Assembly (NCBI RefSeq): GCF_006345805.1
Contig: NC_042997.1
Coordinates: 9,796,001-9,860,000 of the forward strand
Length of the DNA: 64,000 nt
DNA from: Octopus sinensis
Taxonomy: Eukaryota
Reading direction: 5' to 3'
Under the pieces are notes generated by a model that saw nothing but the letters and a program-made list of their open reading frames with translations, was not told the origin of the DNA and did not search any database. The position numbers and the translations under genes were made by a program. This document shows positions 1 to 13,254 of the stretch, in pieces; within the stretch, counting starts at the first letter, position 1, and every line of letters starts with the position of its first letter.

Positions 1-1235
1 TCCTGGTGTTTTATACACTTCATATCACTATCGAGTATACTTTTAAAGAAGTATTATTAGCAAAGTGCTATTCCCAGAATATTGCACACTTTAATTTTAT
101 ACCAGAATTGAATCATAGATATTGAAGAGACACTAAGCACTAGTTTGTGATTAATAGAAGAGAAGAATATTCGAAAGTAACCCGGAAAATACCATAAAGA
201 GGTAAATTGCACCAATGCTACTTTATGTCACCGTTCATTCTAAACCGTATAGAGTATGGTTTGTCCTCTTGGACATAGGTCATCTTTGACTTCAGAATGA
301 CACTTTTGATCATCAGCTTTAGAATACCATGTTTTTGTTGAAATAGCCATTTCCCCATTATAACTTGCTTAGTATATGTTCTTCGCCAGGTCAACAAATA
401 AAATTAAAATGTTTTGGGTTTGCGCACAAATATTTTCTGTAATTCTCTTAGTACAGAGAATGTATCAATGCAACATTGTACATCACAGAAAAAGCATTAT
501 AATTCCGAAAGGATAGTGTTAACAAACAGAAAAATAATTCTGTTAAGAATGTCTGCTGCGAGAATTTTGTTTGTAATTGACAGAAGGGCTACACAGACAA
601 AGTGTCTTTTTGACATTTGTTCTTGTATTATAATATACATATCATTATCAATGCTAAAACCAAGCAGGCCATTTGGGTATTACTGAAAACTAGAATTAGT
701 TCCAGTTTTCTATTACTGTTTGAGAGTTTGAAAAGTTTATATGACTTCATTCATTGATATTAACATCGCCTTTTCCTTCTTCGTTCTAGGTTTGACTCTT
801 TACAAATGGCCTCGACAATGCCATGAAACCGTTGTATGAATTTTTATATTTCATATTATACATACAAGTACACATACATACATATGCATGTATGTGCCAG
901 TGCGTACATATTAATATTTATTTCAGTCTATAACTGAGCTACAATATGGCAAGGGATTTTATTTTCCAATTGCTAACGGAAAGAAATCTGCTGTCATAAG
1001 TCACTAAAAGATTTGAAAGCAACAACACAGGTAATAAATAGAAAAACAAATAGATAAAATGATAATAGGTTTCTTTTCTCCCAGCACGTTCAGTTCTTCA
1101 TTTTAAGCGATCTAATGATGTTCCTCTGAAACATATTACTCTAGATCTTATCTAAAATAGCAATAAAGAATCTTACGAAAAATTCTAACCTTACAATAAT
1201 TCCAAGTGACTTAAACATCAACAAAATATATATTC

Positions 1236-1447
1236 TTTTATACTCTTGGAACAAGGCTCGAAATTCTGGTGAAGTGGGCCAGTCGATTAGATACACCCCA
1301 GTGTGCAACTGGTACTTAATTTATCGACCCCGAAAGAACGATAGGCAAATCAACCTCAGTGGAATTTGAACTCAGAATGTAAAGACAGACGAAATAACGC
1401 TAAGCATTTCGCCCGGCGTGCTAACATTTTTGCCACCTCGCCGCCTT
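1236..1447 (-). mobile_element. tRNA-derived SINE, family A (partial/diverged)
   Basis: Reverse complement reads GGCGGCGAGGTGGCAAAAATGTTAGCACGCCGGGCGAAATGCTTAG...GAGTTCAAATTCC (A/B-box-like), matching copies at 11054, 21331 and 40201. Confidence 0.85.
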
Positions 1448-2719
1448 AGCAAAACATATATTAGCACAAAAATACTATGTACATATTTTTCTCAAATTGT
1501 GACCTTAAAAAATATATTAGATTTTCAAATAAAGTGATAAAATGCATGCCGGATTTACACTTCTTATTTTCTTTCCTCAAGTTTTTATTTTCAAATAGAT
1601 TAAAATAAATTTTGAGAAAATATATGATTCAACTTTGGTGTAAATGTGTTTAAAGTCATACAGCACAAAATTTCATTAATTATTTATGCGCAGATAATCA
1701 CAGAAGTTATTTTAGGTTAAACTATTATAAATTTATGTGCACCAGCATAATTTTTTAGTTACCTGAATGTTCTATTCTGTATTTTGTGAATAAAAATATA
1801 GGAAAACTGATATGTTTATAGAAGGTAAATAATTTAAAGGTTGATGTACCAAATGCTCTATGAATTTAATTATTAATTGACTGAAATTGCTTTCTAAGTT
1901 GAAAAGTTTAGTAAGACGGTGAGCCATTATAAAGGCTTTCTTCTGTAGACTTCCAGCCTACAGGATAATCTTGGATGATTAATGTGGGTAGTATGAGATA
2001 GACCGATATATACACTCTTCGCAAATGTCCAGAAAAGTTTGTTAAAATTTGGAAGTAGGGAAAGCATGCAGACTACTTTTTATGGCTGTGTTGCAGACAT
2101 TTCGGAGGTGAGCAAAAGCCTCTCAAATGTGGGTTGATGTCTCTCTCAAAGTATTGTAAACAGATCTTTCTTTATATTGCTATAGAGCAAGTGAGGATGA
2201 AATATCTGAAGGATAATTGCTTATGATTTTAGTTGTGTGGGTAATGGAAGGGAGCGTGTCTAAGAGGCTTGCTTTAGTCACCAAACTAGCTGACTTAGAT
2301 GATTAGATGAGAAACGCATTTGCTGCAAGGGGTAATCAGCGTAAATCTGCCAAATCTCCGATTATTTAGCAAATTAAACAAACAACCAGAAATTTCAAAA
2401 GTTTTTAAAATATCAGATCTCAACAAGCCTGCCACTTCAAACTGGACTTTTCATTTACAGCCAGGAAATGCTTTAAGTCTTTTTTCTTCTTATTTGTAGA
2501 ATTATCAATACGCTAAAAGGTGCATGATTATTCAACAGATAGACGTGAATACTAACTGTTGTAGATTGTTTAGAATGGCAAAGGAGTCGATCTCTACACT
2601 AGTAACGTCAGCATGAGAAGGGTGGAAGAGGCAGGAATAGCTGTGTATATTGGAGATACATCGATAATAAGTTCAAATAGAGACACATGAAATAAAATAA
2701 TTCGATGCAAGATGTAAAA

Positions 2720-3386
2720 TGTTTCTGATGGTTGCAGAATTGATCGCTAGAGCAGTGGAAGAATGTTATTTTCTCGGACGAGTCATCCTTTACCCTATTA
2801 TCCGTGTGGAGACAGCCAAAAGAAGCATTTGACCCAGACTGCCTTCTTCCAACTGTTAAATGTGGAGGAGGATCCGTGATGATCTGGGAGGCTATATGTT
2901 GGAAATCCGCCGGCCCAATGGTTTCCCTTCATAGCAGAATTTATAGTCAAGACTATTTAAGCATTTTATCTGATCAAAATCATCCTATTGTTGTAGAACT
3001 GTTTCCGGGGGGAAACGCAAGCTTTCAGAATGATAATGCATCAATTCACACAGCTAAAGTTGCAGCTGAATGGCACGAGGAACATTCTAGTATAGTTGAA
3101 CATCTTATCTGGTCGCCACAGTCCCCAGATCTCAATATTATTGAACATTGATGGTACATTTTTGAAAAAACAAGGAGTCGATATCCTCCACCATCATCAC
3201 TATAAGAACTGGAGACTGTTTTAGCTGAAGAATGTAGAAAAAATTCCTTTGGAAACAATTCAAACTTTGTACGAGCCTAAACCTCGTGAATTCAAGCATT
3301 AATTACTGCCAAAAGCGGGCCTACTCCATATTAAAATAAATTTGTTTGAAATTTTAAGTTGTTTCCATTATTTTGTCCAACCCCTG
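2720..3386 (+). mobile_element. Tc1-family DNA transposon remnant (5'-truncated DD34E transposase pseudogene plus 3' TIR)
   Basis: EQWKNVIFSDESSF at about 2750-2790; ORF 2804-3151 contains TVKCGGGSVMIW, FQNDNASIHTAK and WSPQSPDLNIIEH. Ends GTTTCCATTATTTTGTCCAACCCCTG, the reverse complement of a CAGGGG-type TIR. Confidence 0.9.
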
Positions 3387-3471
3387 TGTATGTATGTATG
3401 TATGTATGTATGTATGTATGTATGTATGTATGTATGTATGTATGTATTATGTATGCATGCATGCATGCATG

Positions 3472-3521
<50 letters not shown>
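3387..3521. repeat. Compound microsatellite (TATG)n-(TGCA)n-(TA)n
   Basis: Read directly from the sequence. Confidence 0.98.
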
Positions 3522-3524
<3 letters not shown>

Positions 3525-3531
3525 TGTTACA

Positions 3532-3722
3532 TGTTTCAGTTGACTGTGGCCATATTGGAGCTCCGCCTTGAAGGGTTTTTAGTCGAATGAATCGACCCCG
3601 GGACTTATTTTTTTAAGCTGTGTACTTATTCTATCGGTCATTTTGCCGAACTGCTAGCCCACGGGATGTAAACACACCAATATCGGTTGTCAAGCAGTGA
3701 TGGTGGGACAAACACAGACACA
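3532..3722 (-). mobile_element. SINE family B, 3' part
   Basis: Reverse complement matches the 3' half of the full copy at 13409-13825 (GGTTCGGCAAAA...GATAGAATAAGT...GGGGTCGAT). Confidence 0.8.
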
Positions 3723-3829
3723 AGGGCACACACCCATAGGTGTATACATGTGAGTGTGTGTGTGTGTTTGTGACAGATAGACAGACAGATAGTTAGATAT
3801 TAAAATGAATAGGGGAATTAAAAAAGGGA

Positions 3830-4480
3830 ATAAGAATGAAAACTGGTTCAGTGAACCTCAAGATTTTTATGAATGGATATAAATTGTTTAAACGTAAGAA
3901 ACTGACCCCTAATGTGCATGGTCAAAAAGCTAAATGATGCCCGGATAGAATTGTGGGATGCTAATTATAGGTCATTCGTTAGTAAGTTTGAATAGTGTGG
4001 CGAAAAATACTGCTTGGCATGTGAAATCCCTGTTTCAGCTTCAGAACTATTCTGAGACAAGGAGAGACCAACCCGATTGTAAAGATTTATTGGTCCCCTA
4101 TTCCGAGGTGGTCCACCTTCACTCGGTCCAGTGTATGTGGTTCGAGGACTGAGAAATTTGCATTGACAGCAGAAAACGCTGTGGGTTTATTGGTTAAAGT
4201 GAATTGGTCAGTTAGTCAAGTAGCTCTTCTTTTTAGATTATCGTATGCGTAGCAACAACACCATCTCACATGTGGCCTCGGTTGAGATTTGTGGAGTCAG
4301 AAAGTTTGTATATTGTGACCTGGATGGAAAGGAAAATGTTTAGAAACAAGGCCGGGCATGAACGCTTACTTCTATTCACAGTGAGCCACAGGTGAGAGCA
4401 GATGCACTTTCTGGTTTCGAAAAAGGGAACAGAGTGTTCGTGACGTTGTGAATGTGAGATAATTGGTTTAGGTATATTTT
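3830..4480 (+). mobile_element. Possible very degraded L1/Tx1-like LINE 3' remnant
   Basis: A fragmentary CPVCGSRTEKFAL-like Cys motif near 4125-4170 resembles the C-terminal zinc-binding region; many stops. Confidence 0.3.
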
Positions 4481-5636
4481 CTCTAGGTAGAGGAAGTGTA
4501 GAAGATTGGTTTCTTGGTATAAATAGTTAGTTTAAGGGTTAGTTATTTATGAATATATAAATTCAGTTAGTTACCTAAGAAGATAAAAGCTGACCGATAA
4601 CCTTAACATGGCAAAAGCGAAATAGGATACAGACAGAATTGGAGGAAAGAAATAAAGAATGATCATAATCTACTTTAAATCAAACAAGAAATGGTTATAT
4701 GCGACAAAAAGACAGAATAGTCACGTTAAAACACTTTTGATCATGGTTCTGTTTGATTAGCGATGATCTAAGGTTTATTAATAACCGCAACAATTGTTTT
4801 CAGAATGCGTTAAGTATTATGGATAGAAAAATCTTTCAATGTATTCATCTGATATTTTCCTGTCTTTTAGTTTAACCATTTAGTCTCCACTGGTCATCAG
4901 GTGTCATGGCAATGCACACGGGAACATGTCGATGAACTCACAAAACTTTATTACACTCTTATCCTCTATACCATGGACAAGTAATGCACATTTATTTAAA
5001 ATTATGAGATATTTTAACTCCTTTTCCCCTTTCTGGCAGCCATATTGTGCTGAATACAGAACAGGCTTTATTGATTTGACTATATGATGTAGTTCTTTGA
5101 CTACAATGTAAACTTTATTATATAGCGGCATATGATTTTTCCGTATTTTCCCACCATTCATGTTCCACCATTATTGTTTCGTAGTATTTGATGATTTTCC
5201 ATCGTCGCACGAACGTATTAATAGGTGGGCAGATTCTTAACTAAATGTGGATCTTATTACCATAGTATCTTCACTAATATTTTGTGACAAAGTTTTATAT
5301 TTCATTGCTGAGAAAGAAAACACACTCACATAGCAAATTTCTAACTGAATCTTGTATTAAATACAGACATATTACTTTATCTGGGAAAGTAACTAAAACA
5401 TTTATGATGTGGCAAGAGGATTTTTGACAGGTCAAGTTTGAAGAGAACCACTGGAACCAGAGTTAGACATGTAAATGTCAGCAGTAGTTGACTTAGAGAG
5501 AAGAAAAAATTATACATATGCATACATACACACGCAGACAAACATAATTATACACACACACGCACACACACACAAACACACATATATATATACATGTAGA
5601 TATATGCATATATGTGTGTATATATACATATATGTA

Positions 5637-5940
<304 letters not shown>

Positions 5941-8900
5941 TTCAAAAATAAACCAATTCCTAGTTTGGAGTCATAATACGTAGCTGGTCAAATACAGAAA
6001 ATAAATTAAATGTCAGCTATGTCATCAAAGAATTCCTGAGATTCAGTGCTTAATTTATTATTCACGTTGTATGTTCAAAGTTAGTATTTATCGTTTTACT
6101 CGTCTCATATATCGGCCAACGCTTGAACAACCTACTCAAAAATTACTATAATACTGGCACACTAACTGAATCTACAAAAGCTATACTTAACTATATCGCT
6201 TTGTTGATATTATAAACGGGTATCACCATTATCATTATCGTTATGATTATCGTCATGATCGTAGTCTTTGTCCTCGCTGTTATTATCAACCAGAGTTCCA
6301 TTAATAGTGGAGGGTCTACTATTCTGCCATCAATCCAGTTCAACTTCACAATCTCTTTCTTCCCTTTCCAGCGCACATTGTATTTTGCCTGATTCAACTG
6401 TTTTATTTCATTTTGTTTATTTATATGTTTTTTATATATCTCATCCTTTATTATTTCAGTTCTCAACTTAGATATCTTTCAGTCTCGAAGTATCGAGATC
6501 TCATCCACATTTGTGAGTTTTTATACCTTTAAATGAGGTCTTGCAATATTTTCATTTTATATCTATATTAACCTATATATTTGTTAATGCTTTAGATTTA
6601 TATCTTCTCAATAATTTTTACAACTTTTGTTTCTAAATATTCTGGTCCTTTAGTTGTTTGGTAATTTTTTATAATTTATGAAATTAGCTTTCCTGTTCAT
6701 ATTGCTGTTTCTGTTAGAAACTATCTTTGTAAAAACGTTAGATGAAATTTTGCCACCTGAGAGATGAGTTTCTGCTATCCAAATTCTCTCCTATTTCTTC
6801 TCTTCTAATGTATGTGTTCCCTTTTCTATCTCTAGTTGTATTTCTTTGTTATATTATTGTCTTTGATACATCATCATCATCATAACCACCACCATCACCA
6901 CTAGCACCACCACAATAATCATCATCATTATCATCATCATCATGCTTTTATCCTGTCTTCCTCCGTTCATTCATCTTGCTATTTTCTTCTCACCATCTTA
7001 AAACTAATTTGCTATCATTGAAATTGGGAACATCAATTGTACTCCCTGAGCCACATCTATGATAACGACACAATAACCAAAACAGATAACGAGAGACGAA
7101 TCTTTCATTCAGTTGTTTATCATAATGATACAAATGTGCCCAAATAAAAGTAGTATGGGGTACTACAAGAACAACCAGAACGACAATAATAACAAGATAC
7201 ACAAGATACAGCTAATGTGTTGTAATTCCGTTACAAAGATCTAATATGAATAACGCGTTGTAGCCGAATGGCTAACTTCAAAAATGTACTCATTTTGCAA
7301 ACATGAATATTTTAATTTGAAGAGCTATTCATCCACACTCAATAGTACTATCACATTTCTGTTAAGTGAAGTAAAATGATCAAGATCGAAGAGCACAAAA
7401 CAAAAAATATTGAGCATTTAGCATTGTCGAGATTTTAATTCCTATTAAATATTGAATTTAACATATAACTATCTGGTTTTTGATAACCTAAGTACCTGTA
7501 AGATACTGGGGTTGATTTAATCAATAGTAACGTCTCCGTTTTAATAATATTGTTCTTGAGTCTAATATAAAGGAAATTACCAATTCCATTATTTACATTT
7601 TTGTATTAGACGCTGTAGAAGGTTTCTTAATATCGAAGCGTTTCTAAACGTAATAAATAAATAAATACTTAAACTATACGAATTGCTACTTAAAAAAAAA
7701 AGATTTTTTTTTTAACAGTTACCATTTCAACATCTACTTGTCTTGATGTTGATTCTCTTTCTTTCACGACCTCATTAAACTAACGTTTCCAGCACCAAAT
7801 GGCTATATAACGATTTTATAGGATTACATAAAATAGAAATTTAACGAGATCTTATAAAAATAATAAAAAGTAAATGATCGAAGAAGACAATTCTAAAAAA
7901 AAAAAATAGCTATTGGATAATGAAGAAACTAAGTATTAAACAGTCATTGGATCAAATAATAAAACAGACACGAAATAGAAATGAAGGGTCAACGAATTAT
8001 TTTAAGTCGCTATTTTCATGTCATTTTATTTCTCTTTCTCATGCCAAGATATCTTCGAGTAGCAGTCTGAAACATAATTCTAATTATTTGCCTCATCTTT
8101 GCAATTTTCCTTGAAGCTGGGCAAATAATCCGGTATCAGTGTAGCTTTAAAATTGCATGTTTCGTCACTGTAAGGGCAAATAGACTTCTGTTTATTGTCT
8201 CAGTGTTGACTTTGCTACTGTGATGACTTTTGCAAATGTTCCATTTTCCCCTTTTATTTGCTTATAATTTCAGGCATGTAAATGACAGGAACTCCAGTTT
8301 GATTCAATAGCTTTTGTGGACATTCGTACATTATTGTTCCCTCCTCACTGGTTTTACTGTTTGGTTTAATTCAATTCATCGATCTTCTTTCTTCTTCGGC
8401 TTATTTGACTTCTTTTCCTCTTTTCTTCTTTTATTTCCATCTTATTCTCTTTCTTTTTGTTTTTCTTCGTATTTCTTTTTCTCCTCCCCTTCCGAGTGTT
8501 ATGCCATATTTATTGTATATGCTTTACTCTATTGGATTTTCTTTTTATTTCTATGTTCTCTCCTTTACTCTGTTCTTAACCTGACAAAATCAGAAAATGC
8601 ATTGAGCTCAGCAGCAGTGAGAGATAGTATTATTTTCTTTGTAGCAATCAAATACAGCCTTAATAATAATAGACTTCTCTGATACTATGGGAATTTCACA
8701 CTATTAGTTCTGTCTAACATTGATTGATAAAGTTCAGAAGAAAGGTGACAATAAAAGAAATATTCTCAACTACAGAAGAATTCAGCTTAACATTTATTAT
8801 TTTCTTTAAACTCTTCCATAAAGATAGATATTTCTCTGCTAAATTACCATTAAGTGGCTAAGGAATAGAAAGGATAGATTCCTTGCTCCTCAAACACCCA

Positions 8901-9259
8901 CTACACTATTCTAATATTCTTCTGTAGATCGACATAACAACTTCATAATAGGCAAATTTCCCTCAGCAAAGCCGCACATCTTTAAAATGAAATCCATGAC
9001 AGTATGCTTATGTTAAGCTTAACCTACTCTACATAATAAGACAATAATACTATCACACTTTCAGAGAATCTGAGCCATTTATGAGCTATTTGCTTAGTCA
9101 TATCCAAACTCGTTCTTCACATATTTTTCCTCTCTCTCTCTTCCACAATACGTTTACGCTTTATTTGTGGTCTTTCTCTATTTCTCAATACTCAAGAACA
9201 AGGACAAATATTTTCTTCATGTTTTCTAAGTGCTCGACACACTAGCATTTTCTTCATCT

Positions 9260-9590
9260 ATTTCCCTACTTAAGAGTAGTAAGTGCATAGGAACGGTCGC
9301 TTCCGGCGAAGTTTGCTGAAAACAAGATTCCTCAAATCTCAGCATTCTTTCCCAGAATTCATGCAGAATACAAAATGGCACTTTTCTGCAAGTCAACAAG
9401 GCGTGTTTCAGTTCCAATATCCTTTAGCTACTTAGGTAATAGTTTGGATGCTGCGTCAAGTATACCAACTACCACAGAAACAGTCGTCCCCTTTGTCGTT
9501 TGCAATCTCTTCATTTCTCTGGTATTTCTCAACTTTTTTCAATTTCTTCAGATTTCTCTAGTTTACAATCTGTTATCATATGATATTGCA
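9260..9590 (-). mobile_element. R4/Dong-type LINE 3' fragment
   Basis: Minus strand encodes KVEKYQ...VSVVVGILDA...LQKSAILYSA, the C-terminal end of the RLE ORF (compare 17142-17972 and 16860-16970). Confidence 0.75.
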
Positions 9591-10169
9591 AAGCTTGTGG
9601 TGACGCATGGCTTAGTAGTTAGGGTGTTGGACTCCATATCATTTCCGCTCTCAGATGGGAGCTTAGATATTTAATTCTTTTATTTCCCTTGGGGTTTCCG
9701 CTGCTTTCCATATTTCAGTAACCTTTGTGTCAGGTGGTTATGTTATACCTGCAGCAAAATTCTCAAATTACTTCGTTTCTCCACCGCTATAATTTTGCCG
9801 CTTACCCGTCCATTCTTCCAGATATACCATGACTCACCCTACTTATTACATACAATAGTTTATAGCTGCGGTGCTGTATGCACTATTGGCAATTTATCCA
9901 CTTCTCAGAGTGCTTCTGTGAACTTTGTAGCTTCACTTGGACCATAGTGGCGACAGACGAGTCTGCTGAAACATAAGGCGGCGAGCTGGCAGAAACGTTA
10001 GCACGCCGGGCGAAATGCTAGCGGTATTTCGTCAAAACTATTGGATATGATGCTGTGTTTGTTGAATATGCATTTCTTGATATTAATCATGACTGTGAGG
10101 AAGGTTTAATGTTTTTGTTCTGTGATTGTGAGAGTGAATTATGAATTATGTGCTTGCAAGGCTTTGTGG

Positions 10170-10452
10170 GTTGAGGCGCGTGGCTTAATGGTTAGGGTAT
10201 CAGCACCATGATCGTAAGATTGTGGTTTTGATTCCTGGACCGGGCGACGCGTTGTGTTCTTGAGCAAACCACTTCATTTCACGTTGCTCCAGTCCACTCA
10301 GCCGGCAAAAATGAGTAACGCTACGATGGACTGGCATTATTTGATAATTCTGAGGAGGGAAAGTACAGCTGGGGAACACATACGACATAGAAACCGGGAA
10401 ATCGGGCCCAATAGCCTGGCTAGGCTTTAAAAGGACGCATTTATTTTATTTT
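10170..10452 (+). mobile_element. tRNA-derived CORE-like SINE with tail type T1; 12-bp TSD
   Basis: Head GGCGCGTGGCTTAATGGTTAGG...GATTCC; CORE-like GTGTTCTTGAGCAAACCACTT; TSD AAGGCTTTGTGG at 10158-10169 and 10453-10464. Confidence 0.88.
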
Positions 10453-11053
10453 AAGGCTTTGTGGAGGTCAGAATTAGCTGCCGCTACTAAATCTGCAGCC
10501 TGCATGTCTAAGTAGTTGTTATACATTTTAAGAATTCTTGAATTTAGTATTTGGTTGTTGTTATTGTTGTTGTCGTCGTTGTTGTTGTTGTTTAACCCTC
10601 AGCTGACTCTTATCAAGCAGACCGATGATTAAAATATTCGATTTATGACCTTTTGAACTTTTTCAAATGACGTGTACTTTTAACAACACTACCCAATGTA
10701 TCTTTTTAGAGTGCACGTTGTCATTTGAAATTGTTTTTTACTACTATTTCTAGCGGATAGAACAACCACTTAGAAGCTCCCTCGTTGGCATCCTGAGTGT
10801 TTGGTCTTTAAGTGTGGTCTGTGTGCAGCCTATAATAGTATGAAATGCGTTACTTTATATTCTTGGCTGTTGTTTAATGTGAGCAGACTGGAGGTCTCGG
10901 GAGGACTAGCCTAATCCATGATGGATCTAATATTTGCACGCCACTATTATTAATATTATGTTGGCGAAGGTGCCGATCTGGTTGGATTGTTAAAGTGTAG
11001 GAAACGATGCCTTGTAGTGTTTGTTCTAGGTCTTTACATTCTGAGCTTAAATA

Positions 11054-11284
11054 CCTATTTCTTTATTACCCACAAGGGGCTAAACATAGAGGGGACAAAC
11101 AAAGACAGACATAGGTATTAAGTCGATTACATCGACCCCAGTGCGTAACTGGTACTTAATTTATCGACCCCGAAAGGATGAAAGGCAAAGTCGACCTCGG
11201 CGGAATTTGAACTCACAACGTAACGCAGACGAAATACCGCTAAGCATTTCGCCCGGCGTGCTAACGTTTCTGCCAGCTCGCCGC
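11054..11284 (-). mobile_element. SINE family A, near-intact young copy nested in an older + strand copy (about 10965-11335)
   Basis: Near-identical to the reverse complement of 40201-40434; the flanks join into a diverged family A copy (CTGAGCTTAAATAC / CGCCGAGTTCAACTTTGC). Confidence 0.9.
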
Positions 11285-11989
11285 CGAGTTCAACTTTGCT
11301 TTTCATTTCTCAGGGTCGATAAAATAAAGCACCCGCAAAGTAATGGAATTGGTAGTACCAAATAATACACTCCACTCAAAGTTTTGTACCTAAATCAGAA
11401 ATCTTTCTTACTGACGACCTTCTACGGTGAGAGTTCTAAGTGAGTTTGTTCGTTATTTTGATTCATTTGACTAAATCTGATGTGTTGTGAATATTGTGAA
11501 TGTGTTGTAATTCTTAATAAATTTGCTTTCTAAACATGAAGCATATTTATATTGTGAGTGTAATAAGTGGTTGTATCCCATGCTGTTTGGTACTGAGTCC
11601 ATATTGCAACATTGTGGATTTGACAGATTTTCACCCTTAGCTGTTTTTTCGTTTGGAAATGCATTTCCAGGTAATTTATGTAAGGTTGGAGTTGGGGAAC
11701 TGTGTGTTGGAAATTAGAAAAAGAAAGGCTAATTTCTACATATGAGACATGCTTTTTGGAACCGTCGGCAAAGGGTTTGAGAACTAAAAGGGTGGACGAG
11801 AATGCAGGTTATAGATTTTGTATTATTGTACTTCGTGGTCTAACAAATGTCCGGTTACTGTACCAGTAAATAGTCACTTCTCTCTAAAATAGTACTTTCC
11901 CTCCTCAGAATTATCAAAGGTTTAACGTGTTTCGCACCTTTGTCTTTATATATATATAAGGCCGGACTTCTTGTGTCTTGCAAATGAAA

Positions 11990-12630
11990 CGGGAACGACA
12001 AGAGGATGGGCTGAAACTACTGGAAAGTGGGGATATAGCTTCGTCGAATTTAGTTCTGAGTATGAAGCAAGTTCTTCCATACACGGATTTGCAACCAGTA
12101 GTGCGATTGGTAATATTCAAGCGACGCTATCCTCCTGAAACGTTGCTGCTGTTTCTACTGCTGTCCACCGCACTTTTTTCCTATGCCTTTTTTGTTCCTC
12201 AGGACAGAGAGTTTTCAAATAGTTTTTACTGCCACAAGTATAACAGTTTAGTTTTCTACGTTGTATCATATCACCAATGTTATTGCTTTTGTTTCCACGT
12301 CCACGATGGAGCTGAGCTCTGGGATCAGCCCTGTGGTTTTCAAATTAAGTTGTACATTCACTCTGGCCGCCTTTGGAGAACTGTCAGATTTAGTCACCTG
12401 AGCACTCAGCACTCGATCATATCGGGCTATAAAAGTGATACTGAGTCAGCCGTAAATGTTTGTGCCAAGGTCCCTAATTTTAAAGTTGTACTGCTCTGGC
12501 CTATGTATTATGGTTGAAACTCACACATCAATTCGACATGTTGCTTTACTTAGCCGTCAGTCTTCAAGTTAGACAGACACTTCCATAAATCCTATTCCAG
12601 TTGATAGAGCTATGACTATCTTGGATAGAG
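11990..12630 (-). mobile_element. Degraded RTE-type LINE 3' fragment
   Basis: Broken-frame motifs VSLL.Y..ECWVLR, IQRRKLNCY and NITNRTTGCKSVY resemble the RTE C-terminus; homologous to 15455-15690. Confidence 0.5.
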
Positions 12631-13254
12631 TCAGTACTAGTCTTCTTTAATGAAGGCTAGAACAGAATAAAAATGATACCACAGGGGAGCGGAGACTGCG
12701 TTGTTGTTGTTGCTTGTCTCAAGGTCAGATCTGGTCTCTCGGACTTACGATGAAAACTATTCCAGCAGTCATCACCACGCAGTTCCTTATTTTCAGGCAC
12801 ATTCTATCTAAAACCGTATTATCCGATAGTTGTATGTTTAAGACGGCAGCGTCATGTGAGAGACTAATGGTTACTATTTTTAGCACGCCACGTAACCATC
12901 TATAGACTTCTTAATTATCTCGGAATTCCTTTGAATCTGTGAAAGAGATGGGTGATTGTCGACAGATGTGGTCCAGTTATTCGCATTTAAGCATATTTAG
13001 CTGACTACATTATATACATGAAATTTTACAAGATCGAATGCAGTAAAACCTTACCATCACCAAATTCCACCAAGTATGGGATATCCAGAATCTCACCTCA
13101 CATCACATATTTACAGTGTAATAGATTTTACTCTGTGGCTTGTTTACTTCAGTGATGTCGGTTAATTCATCGAATTTTCTAATCTTTTCGAAAACCACTA
13201 TCTACAAATGTTGATGTACTTCTGTAGATAGTTAACTTTTTTTATAATTTAATT

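Noticed and set aside
3342-3590. Low-complexity ORFs (YVCM, IYIY, IIII, HTHT, LSIY) here and throughout
   Set aside because: Translations of microsatellites.
4870-4900. Minus-strand CTGATGA
   Set aside because: No GAAA or stem III in register.
4904-5161. 85-aa minus-strand ORF in non-repeat-looking DNA
   Set aside because: No recognisable domain or splice support; left unannotated.
11978-12517. 179-aa plus-strand ORF
   Set aside because: Antisense to a degraded RTE fragment, TTG start, and no recognisable domain.
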